NCBI GenBank assembly: GCA_902800025.1
Contig: CADCDA010000004.1
Coordinates: 51,365 to 115,364 of the forward strand
Direction of reading: 5' to 3'
Origin: an uncultured Erysipelotrichaceae bacterium
GTDB taxonomy: Bacteria; Bacillota_I; Bacilli_A; RFN20; CAG-826
DNA: 64,000 nucleotides
Of the stretch, positions 57,368 to 64,000 are shown piece after piece. Position 1 is the first letter of the stretch, and every line of letters starts with the position of its first letter. The translations under genes and the position numbers were made by a program. The notes under the pieces were generated by a model. The model was not told the origin of the DNA, did not search any database, and saw nothing but the letters and a program-made list of their open reading frames with translations.

Positions 57368-58256
57368 TGTTTTTCTTTTGTGGTTTTCCTTGTTTATCTT
57401 TGAAATTTCCATCATCTTTTCTAAGTCGATAATGGGTTTGCTTAAAGAACTCATCTAATGTTAAAAATTTAGAGTCGTCTTGGTTATCAATTTTAACCAT
57501 CTTTGACACAACATTGATGGTGGTAACTTCATATTCAACTTTATCGATGAAAACTTTAGCTCCGATTGGAGGAAATTCCTTCTTTAAATCACTATAAGCG
57601 TCGTCTTCATATTTAAGACAGCATAAAAGCTTTCCACAGTGTCCTGATAGTTTAGGAATGTTGATGGCAAGCATTTGATTTTTCGCTCTATTAATGGAGA
57701 TCCCGTCGAACTCATTTAAGAAAGTTGCACAGCATAGTGGAAGACCACATAAACCGATGCCTCCAATGAGTTTTGCTTTGTCTCTGCTTCCGATTTGTCT
57801 AAGCTCAATACGGGTGTGAAGTTTGGACGCTAAAACCTTTAAAAGTTCACGGAAGTCAACTCTCTCATCGGCGACGTATGAAAAGATGACTTTTGACTTA
57901 TCAAGTGTGTATTCACAGGATATTAAATTCATATCCATATTCATCTTTTTTACTTCATTTTTGCATATTTCGAGGGCAAATTCGGCATCTTTTAAATTTA
58001 TTGTGTGTAATTTGATATCGACATCAGTTGCCTTCCTTAAGATAGGCTTTAATTCGAGTTCGCTTCTATATTGGGAGATATCAATTGGATCAAAACAAAC
58101 CTCTCCTAATTCTGGTCCGTGAGTGGTTTGAACAACGACTTTATCTCCTTGGGCAACATCGACATCTGAGAAGCCGAAAAAGTAGGCATGAGTAGAGTAA
58201 TGGAACTTAACTCCTACATATCCTTTATATCCATTAGTGTTTTCTTGTTCTGACAT
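57354..58256 (-). CDS. ricT: PSP1-domain protein RicT (YaaT)
   Basis: 300 aa. PSP1 domain with Cys clusters GLCGLPLCC and GHCGKLLCCLKYE, in the conserved position after holB. Confidence 0.85.
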   Translation of the reverse strand: MSEQENTNGYKGYVGVKFHYSTHAYFFGFSDVDVAQGDKVVVQTTHGPELGEVCFDPIDISQYRSELELKPILRKATDVDIKLHTINLKDAEFALEICKNEVKKMNMDMNLISCEYTLDKSKVIFSYVADERVDFRELLKVLASKLHTRIELRQIGSRDKAKLIGGIGLCGLPLCCATFLNEFDGISINRAKNQMLAINIPKLSGHCGKLLCCLKYEDDAYSDLKKEFPPIGAKVFIDKVEYEVTTINVVSKMVKIDNQDDSKFLTLDEFFKQTHYRLRKDDGNFKDKQGKPQKKNNEEN

Positions 58257-58260
58257 ACGT

Positions 58261-59253
58261 TTACTCCTTTACGAGTTTTAAGATAAGGTGGTCAATTAAT
58301 AGTCCGATATTGACATTGAGACCAACGACATTTCTTGCCTTTAAGATTTCAATTAGCGAAGTTTGAACATGAGGCAAAATTTGTGATAAATTATTCAATT
58401 TTTCTGAATAACTTTTTAGGCTGATTTCTCGATTTGACTGAATGTTAAGAACGTCTTCATAAACTTGTGACAATAAATCGACGAAAAACCTTAATTCTTC
58501 TTTAGTTTTGATGAGTGGAATGATTGTGGCTTCACTATAATAGACAACGTCTTTATAATTGCCAACTTCCATTACATCAATTAATCCGTTTAGAGCCTTT
58601 TTAGCTTCTAAATAGTTTTCGCTTTCTTCCTCATTATCGAGGAAATCAGAGATGAGTTCACTATCGTTATAGAAATAAGATAGTAATTCTGCATCGTCTT
58701 GAGGAATCATTAGTGCTTCAGCATCCGCAATAACTTGCTCTCTAGGAACGCTTTTGAGTGGTAACACCTGACATCTACTTACAATTGTAGGAAGAACATT
58801 ATTCACGTTGTTAGTGGTTAAGAAAGCGTATATTTCACTTTCTGGTTCTTCTAAGAACTTGAGAATTGAATTGACGGCTTCTGTGGTCATGTTTTCAACC
58901 TGATTTACTATGTAAATCATTATTCCTTTGGTTTCAAAGGCGGTCTTTTCAAATCTGCTTTCGATTCTTAATACATCATCTTTTTTAATTGTGGCCTTAC
59001 TACCATCGAGTTTGATGATGTCTGGATAGTTATCACTATCGATTCTCATACATGTGATGCAGTTCTCACACGCTAGAGGGGATGGATCATCACAAAGTAT
59101 TGATTTAGCGAGATAAATCGCTACTTCATATAAAGGTGTTCCTGGATTACCAACAAGCAAGTAAGCATGCGAAAGAGTATGCTTATGAAATGCATTTAGG
59201 AATGTTTGATATATGATTGGTTGGTTGTCTTTTAAATATTTCCCTATTTGCAT
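58261..59253 (-). CDS. holB: DNA polymerase III delta' subunit
   Basis: 330 aa. [13 protein letters not shown], the zinc-module-like CENCITC, and LKFLEEPE...TIVSRCQ. Confidence 0.85.
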   Translation of the reverse strand: MQIGKYLKDNQPIIYQTFLNAFHKHTLSHAYLLVGNPGTPLYEVAIYLAKSILCDDPSPLACENCITCMRIDSDNYPDIIKLDGSKATIKKDDVLRIESRFEKTAFETKGIMIYIVNQVENMTTEAVNSILKFLEEPESEIYAFLTTNNVNNVLPTIVSRCQVLPLKSVPREQVIADAEALMIPQDDAELLSYFYNDSELISDFLDNEEESENYLEAKKALNGLIDVMEVGNYKDVVYYSEATIIPLIKTKEELRFFVDLLSQVYEDVLNIQSNREISLKSYSEKLNNLSQILPHVQTSLIEILKARNVVGLNVNIGLLIDHLILKLVKE

Positions 59254-59864
59254 AGCCTACTTAATATTGCCTCTAAGGTTGCCTTAGCAACTTCTTCCCT
59301 TGAAAGAGAGGCATCTATGATTACATAACGGTCTGGATATCTCTTCGCTAAAGCGAGGAATGTATCTCTAACTTTGTTATGAAAATCAAGCTTTTCTAAA
59401 TCTAGACGATTTACTTCTCTAGAAGCGTTGCTAGCAATTCTTGCTAGACCAACTTCTGGCTTAATATCGAATAGAAGAGTTAAATCTGGCCAAGTGTTTT
59501 CGGTTGCAAAGAGGTTGATGTTTAAGATTTCTTCAACTCCTAATCCTCTAGCACCACCTTGATACGCTAAAGAAGAATCGAGATAACGATCACAGATGAC
59601 GATCTTTCCTTCTTTTAAGGCTGGCCATACCTTTTCAACGAGATGTTGACGTCTACTAGCGGCATATAAAAGAGCTTCAGTGCGTGGATCCATCTTGGTG
59701 TTAGCCTTATCTAAAATGACATTACGAATTTGTTCAGCGATTGGTGTACCACCTGGTTCACGTGTACGAACAATCTCGTAGCCTTTTTCTTCTAATGCTT
59801 TTACAGCAGCTTCAACTGCAGTAGTTTTTCCTGATCCTTCAGGTCCTTCAAGAGTAATAAACAT
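59244..59864 (-). CDS. tmk: Thymidylate kinase
   Basis: 206 aa. [16 protein letters not shown]-loop, [12 protein letters not shown], and a LID region. Confidence 0.9.
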   Translation of the reverse strand: MFITLEGPEGSGKTTAVEAAVKALEEKGYEIVRTREPGGTPIAEQIRNVILDKANTKMDPRTEALLYAASRRQHLVEKVWPALKEGKIVICDRYLDSSLAYQGGARGLGVEEILNINLFATENTWPDLTLLFDIKPEVGLARIASNASREVNRLDLEKLDFHNKVRDTFLALAKRYPDRYVIIDASLSREEVAKATLEAILSRLCK

Positions 59865-59876
59865 ATAAGAAACCCC

Positions 59877-60473
59877 CTAAATCTTGTGACGTCCTTCTAA
59901 TGCTTTGGATAAAGTTAATGGATCAACATAATCGAGGTTTCCTCCGATTTGAAGTCCATACGCTAGTCTTGTTACCTTGACGTTATATTGTTCTAGTAGT
60001 TTAGCTAAATACATTGATGTAGTTTCGCCATCTACTGTTGGGTTGGTGGCGAGAATAACTTCGTTAAACTTACCTTCTTCAAATCTTTTTAATAAAGATT
60101 TTATGTTAAGAGAATCGACATTCATTCCTTTGGATAATGATAATTCTCCGTTTAACACATGATACTGTCCGTGGTAGGCGTTACTTTTTTCAATTGTCAT
60201 GACATCTTTAGGATAACTGACAATCATTAAAGTGCCTTCTTCTCTAGTTTTGTCGTCGCATATGTAGCAACCATCAATATCAGATATCATTCCACAAGTT
60301 GGGCAGAAGTGGATGTTTTTCTTTAAATTATGTAGCGCTTTAGCAATAGACTCTAAATCGTCATCTGAAAACTCGAGTAGAGAATACGCCATACGTTCGG
60401 CGCTTTTCTTTCCTACTCCAGGGAGTTTATAAAGATTTTCAATTAGATTATCTAATGATTTAAGTCTTTCCAC
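59877..60473 (-). CDS. recR: Recombination protein RecR
   Basis: 198 aa. LPGVGKKSAERMAY helix-hairpin-helix, a C4 zinc finger (CPTCGMISDIDGCYIC), and a Toprim domain. Confidence 0.95.
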   Translation of the reverse strand: MERLKSLDNLIENLYKLPGVGKKSAERMAYSLLEFSDDDLESIAKALHNLKKNIHFCPTCGMISDIDGCYICDDKTREEGTLMIVSYPKDVMTIEKSNAYHGQYHVLNGELSLSKGMNVDSLNIKSLLKRFEEGKFNEVILATNPTVDGETTSMYLAKLLEQYNVKVTRLAYGLQIGGNLDYVDPLTLSKALEGRHKI

Positions 60474-60475
60474 GA

Positions 60476-60796
60476 TTAGAAACCAAAGCCTCCTTTACGG
60501 CCTGTAATTCTTTCTTCGACTTCTTCTCTTTCTTTGTCGATTTTTTCAAAAAGTTCATTTAAACCAGAAATAATGAGATCTTCAACCATCTCTTTATTAT
60601 CAGGATCAAAACCATCTGGTTCGATATTAATTGATTGAACTTGTCTATTTCCTAAAACCGTGATGGTGACTAGTCCAGCCTTTGTAACTTTGTATTCTTT
60701 CTTATCAATCTCATCAAACGCTTTTTGCATTTCTCTTTGCATCTTTTGAGCTTGAATCATCATTTGTTGCATTTGGTTCATATTATTAATCTCCAA
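60476..60796 (-). CDS. ybaB: Nucleoid-associated protein YbaB/EbfC
   Basis: 106 aa. MQQMMIQAQKMQREMQKA, and VTITVLGNRQVQSINIEPD. It sits in the conserved position between dnaX and recR. Confidence 0.9.
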   Translation of the reverse strand: MEINNMNQMQQMMIQAQKMQREMQKAFDEIDKKEYKVTKAGLVTITVLGNRQVQSINIEPDGFDPDNKEMVEDLIISGLNELFEKIDKEREEVEERITGRKGGFGF

Positions 60797-62483
60797 TAAA
60801 TTCTAATGTAATATCTTTTGCCTTCGGCAATCTACCAATTTGTAGTAAGTTCATATATAAGGATTGTAAGTCTACTGATTTATTTCTGCTTACGGCATAT
60901 ACGAACATCTTTCTATGGAAGACTTGTTCAATAACTGTTTGAAGTTCTACTTGTATATCCTTTGCGTTAACTTTTTCAACGAGTTTAGGCATTTGATATT
61001 CAAGAACAACGATATTGTTAGACGCGACTAGAGGTCTTCCGTCCACTAGTAATGTAGCGGCTTTTCCAATAAGAGGGTTTGTTGATAAACGTTTGATGTT
61101 TTTCCAACCATCAAGAAGTTCAGACTTGATTTCTTTTTTAGAAACCACCATGACATTGACCATAAGCGAATCTTCTATTTCGAAATTGTCTTCTTTTTCA
61201 GCGTCTTTTAGATAGATGACATTATCCACTAACTTAATGTCTGTTTCGATTTGAACTGGTTCTTCGACCTTTTCCTCTTTAATTATAGGAGCAGGTTCTG
61301 GTTGCGTTGGTTTAGGAGTTTCTACAACTGGTTTATATGTAGGTTCTGGCTTCTTTTCAAACTTAACTGGCGGTTCTTGTTTAATAAATTTAGGAATGCC
61401 TGGTTCACTAATTAAGGACGTTAACTTGATTAATGTTATTTCAAAGATTGGGTTGATTGAAGTAACGTTTTTATAGTCCTTAATAGTGTTCATCAATATA
61501 TCGATCATTTGAATCGCTAAGTCGCTAGGAATATTTCTTGATAATTCAGTGGCTTCTTCTTCATTTAAAGCTTCTAAATAATCTTTGTTCGCTGAAGAGT
61601 TAAAAATTACTATATCTTTTAATATTAAAAGCAAGTCTTCTGTTAATCTCTTGATGTCTGTTCCTTTAGTGACATAGTTAGTTAATCTTTGAAGGACATC
61701 AGTCATATTATGACTAATAATAGAATTGAGAAGTTTGATCTTTTCTTCTTTACTCTCCAACGCGAAGATATCTAAGATATCTTTTACATTTAAGGTGTTA
61801 CCGGAGAACGCTAAGACTTTTTCTAAAATAGAAAGAGCATCTCTCATTCCTCCGTCAGCGAGTTGAACAACTAATTCAATTGCTTCTTCATTATATTCAA
61901 CGCCTTCATTAAGAAGGACAGCTTTTAATCTCTCTTTGATGTCTTGCTCGCTTACTTTGTTGAAGTCATATCTTTGACATCTACTTAAAATAGTTGGAAG
62001 AATCTTGTGTGGTTCTGTGGTTGCTAAAATAAAGATGACGTGTTCTGGTGGTTCTTCAAGTGTTTTTAATAACGCGTTAAACGCACCTGTAGAAAGCATA
62101 TGAACTTCATCGATAATATAAACCTTATATTTTCCTAAAATTGTTCCATACTTGACTTTGTCAATTAATTCACGGATTTCATCTACGCCATTATTACTAG
62201 CGGCGTCTAGTTCCAAAACATCAGGATGATTACCTTCAGTAATTGCAACACAGTTTTTACATTCATTACATTGGCAACCGATTCCGTGTTCGCAGTTAAG
62301 CGCTTTTGCGAATAACTTTGCCATTGTTGTTTTTCCGGTTCCTCTAGGGCCCGCAAAAAGATATGCGTGAGCGATTTTACCAGTTGCTAACGCATTTTTT
62401 AAAGTTCTAACAATATGTTCTTGTCCAGCAACCTCTTCAAAAGTTTGAGGACGATAAGTTCTATATAATGCTTTATATGCCAT
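60786..62483 (-). CDS. dnaX: DNA polymerase III tau/gamma subunit
   Basis: I set the start at MAYKALYRTYRPQTFEEVAGQEH (62483). Contains Walker A GPRGTGKTT, the zinc module CEHGIGCQCNECKNC, and SRCQRYDF. The ORF-track N-terminal extension is rejected. Confidence 0.9.
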   Translation of the reverse strand: MAYKALYRTYRPQTFEEVAGQEHIVRTLKNALATGKIAHAYLFAGPRGTGKTTMAKLFAKALNCEHGIGCQCNECKNCVAITEGNHPDVLELDAASNNGVDEIRELIDKVKYGTILGKYKVYIIDEVHMLSTGAFNALLKTLEEPPEHVIFILATTEPHKILPTILSRCQRYDFNKVSEQDIKERLKAVLLNEGVEYNEEAIELVVQLADGGMRDALSILEKVLAFSGNTLNVKDILDIFALESKEEKIKLLNSIISHNMTDVLQRLTNYVTKGTDIKRLTEDLLLILKDIVIFNSSANKDYLEALNEEEATELSRNIPSDLAIQMIDILMNTIKDYKNVTSINPIFEITLIKLTSLISEPGIPKFIKQEPPVKFEKKPEPTYKPVVETPKPTQPEPAPIIKEEKVEEPVQIETDIKLVDNVIYLKDAEKEDNFEIEDSLMVNVMVVSKKEIKSELLDGWKNIKRLSTNPLIGKAATLLVDGRPLVASNNIVVLEYQMPKLVEKVNAKDIQVELQTVIEQVFHRKMFVYAVSRNKSVDLQSLYMNLLQIGRLPKAKDITLEFIGD

Positions 62484-62564
62484 AAATCTACCTGCATTTA
62501 AGTATACATTAGAGTTTCTTTTCTTTGAAGAATTAATATGAATATTAACGAAATAATAATAGTA

Positions 62565-62573
62565 TGGTATAAT
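62565..62573 (+). promoter_or_regulatory. Extended -10 promoter element (TGgTATAAT) for prfA
   Basis: TGGTATAAT lies 22 nt upstream of the prfA ATG, with an AGAGG SD in between. Confidence 0.45.
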
Positions 62574-62595
62574 CAACCAGGCAAAAGAGGTATTT

Positions 62596-63672
62596 ATGGA
62601 AGAAGGAATGTTTCAACGACTTACAGTCGCTAGTAAAAGGTTAGAAGAAATTGATCAAGAGTTACTTGATGAGAACACAATGAAGGATATCAAGCATTTC
62701 CGCGAGATATCGAAAGAAAGAGCGGTTCTTGAACCTCAAGTAGAGGCTTTTAATCGTTACCAAAAATACCAATCTGAACTAGAAGAAGCCAATGAAATGA
62801 TTAATGATAGTGATCCTGAATTATCTGAAATGGGTAAAGAGGAATCAAAGAGATTAACCAAAGAATTAGAAAAATTAGAAGAAGAACTTAGAACCCTTCT
62901 TTTGCCAAAAGATCCAAATGATGATAAGAACATTATCGTTGAAATCAGAGGCGCTGCTGGAGGAGATGAAGCAAACATTTTCGCTGGTGACTTATTTAGA
63001 ATGTATACAAGATACGCGGAAAGCCAAGGCTGGAAAATCCAAATGATGGATCAATATCCATCTGAAGCTGGTGGTTTTTCACAAGTATCATTTATGATAA
63101 AAGGAAAAATGGTGTATTCCAAACTTAAGTTTGAAAGTGGTGCACATCGTGTTCAAAGAGTTCCTAAAACAGAAGCAAGTGGAAGAATTCATACTTCAAC
63201 CGCAACAGTTTTAGTTATGCCAGAAGCCGAAGAGATTGATGTTGAAATCAATCCAAACGATTTACAAGTTGATACATATCACTCTCAAGGCGCTGGTGGA
63301 CAAAACGTTAATAAGACTGAATCTGCAGTTCGTATTACACATATTCCTACCGGTATTGTTGTTGCTTGCCAAACTGAAAAATCACAAATCCAAAACCGTG
63401 AAATCGCTATGCAAATGCTTAGAGCAAAGATGTATTCCACAATGCTTGAAAAACAACAAGAAGAAATTGGAAATGAAAGAAAACTTAAAATCGGAACAGG
63501 CGAAAGAAGTGAAAAAATTAGAACTTATAACTATCCACAAAACCGTGTTACCGATCATCGAATTGGATTCACAATTCAACAATTAGATAGAGTTATGGAA
63601 GGAGATTTAGAATCAATCATTGAAGCTCTTATCCATTACGATCAATCTATGAAAATTGCAGGTGAGAATTAA
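62596..63672 (+). CDS. prfA: Peptide chain release factor 1
   Basis: 358 aa. The PxT-type recognition loop region [16 protein letters not shown] and the universal GGQ motif ([11 protein letters not shown]). Confidence 0.95.
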   Translation: MEEGMFQRLTVASKRLEEIDQELLDENTMKDIKHFREISKERAVLEPQVEAFNRYQKYQSELEEANEMINDSDPELSEMGKEESKRLTKELEKLEEELRTLLLPKDPNDDKNIIVEIRGAAGGDEANIFAGDLFRMYTRYAESQGWKIQMMDQYPSEAGGFSQVSFMIKGKMVYSKLKFESGAHRVQRVPKTEASGRIHTSTATVLVMPEAEEIDVEINPNDLQVDTYHSQGAGGQNVNKTESAVRITHIPTGIVVACQTEKSQIQNREIAMQMLRAKMYSTMLEKQQEEIGNERKLKIGTGERSEKIRTYNYPQNRVTDHRIGFTIQQLDRVMEGDLESIIEALIHYDQSMKIAGEN

Positions 63673-63673
63673 A

Positions 63674-64000
63674 ATGACTTACCGTGAATTATATTTCAAA
63701 CTAGAAAAACAAAAGACTAAATATTTAAATACAACCGCAATTAAAACCATTCTCCAAGACGATGGTGGTTTTAGTGATTTCTTTAACCTCATTCGTCATT
63801 TTGATGATGAAATAAAAGATATTAAAAAAATAGAAGACAATATAGCGAGAGTGAATAATGGTGAACCTCTTCAATACGTTTTAGGATACGCATTTTTTGT
63901 GAATTCTAATTATGTTGTTAATGAAGATGTTCTAATTCCAAGACAAGAGACAGAAGAACTCGCAGTAGGGACTTTAAAAACTATTATTAAGATGTTTGGA
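63674..64000 (+). CDS. prmC: Release factor glutamine methyltransferase PrmC/HemK, 5' part (continues beyond window)
   Basis: ATG lies 1 nt after the prfA stop. EPLQYVLGYAFFVNSNYVVNEDVLIPRQETEEL matches the PrmC N-domain/linker. Confidence 0.8.
   Translation, partial: MTYRELYFKLEKQKTKYLNTTAIKTILQDDGGFSDFFNLIRHFDDEIKDIKKIEDNIARVNNGEPLQYVLGYAFFVNSNYVVNEDVLIPRQETEELAVGTLKTIIKMFG

Noticed and set aside
61128-61145. A-run (TCT AAA AAA GAA) in dnaX as a possible programmed -1 frameshift site producing gamma.
   Set aside because: It is not the canonical A AAA AAG heptamer in the correct frame, it lies far into the C-terminal domain, and I saw no downstream stem-loop.

Overview
This is an AT-rich chromosomal replication-origin region from a low-GC Bacillota/Mycoplasmatota-type bacterium that uses the standard genetic code (UGA is a stop, e.g. 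at the rnpA/yidC overlap). The core is the classical origin neighbourhood. On the minus strand lie dnaA-dnaN-yaaA(S4)-recF-gyrB-gyrA-serS. On the plus strand lie rpmH-rnpA-yidC-jag-mnmE-tatD-rnmV-rsmA-ispE-glmU-like. They are separated by an 840-bp spacer packed with DnaA boxes, and a second pair of boxes sits between dnaA and dnaN (bipartite oriC).

Other housekeeping content:
- A compact block dnaX-ybaB-recR-tmk-holB-ricT-rsmI plus typA, all on the minus strand and head-on to the rightward fork.
- prfA and the 5' part of prmC.
- tadA, a small SRP RNA the ORF track cannot show, tRNA-Ala(UGC) and tRNA-Met(CAU).
- ppdK, an FGGY sugar kinase, a P-type ATPase, desulfoferrodoxin, psuG, an Fe-alcohol dehydrogenase and a BmrCD-like heterodimeric ABC exporter with a TetR regulator.

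Accessory or poorly understood parts:
1. A nucleotide-sugar island at 9.2-16.0 kb with UDP-glucose dehydrogenase and a CapE/CapG/CapF-type UDP-L-FucNAc pathway. Two of the enzymes carry paralogous N-terminal HTH domains, and each of those genes has a TGC-N7-GCA palindrome upstream. The island flanks a Big_2/VanZ membrane protein.
2. A translationally coupled operon at 46.2-49.8 kb: ATP-grasp ligase, GrpB, RimK-like ATP-grasp ligase and RluA-type pseudouridine synthase.
3. A DUF1538-like duplicated membrane protein followed by two PII-like proteins at 49.9-52.3 kb.
4. A GlmU homologue lacking the acetyltransferase catalytic end, overlapped by a small repeat protein.
5. A membrane-anchored endonuclease I / Ig-like surface protein.
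6. A histone-H1-like AKKP-repeat / DUF2188 protein.

I saw no CRISPR array, transposase, integrase, rRNA or recognisable defence gene. The gene content (PPDK, superoxide reductase, surface nuclease, no cell-wall genes in view) suggests an anaerobic Acholeplasma/Anaeroplasma/Erysipelotrichia-like lineage, but that is inference only. All family calls come from motif recognition by eye and none was confirmed by a database search.
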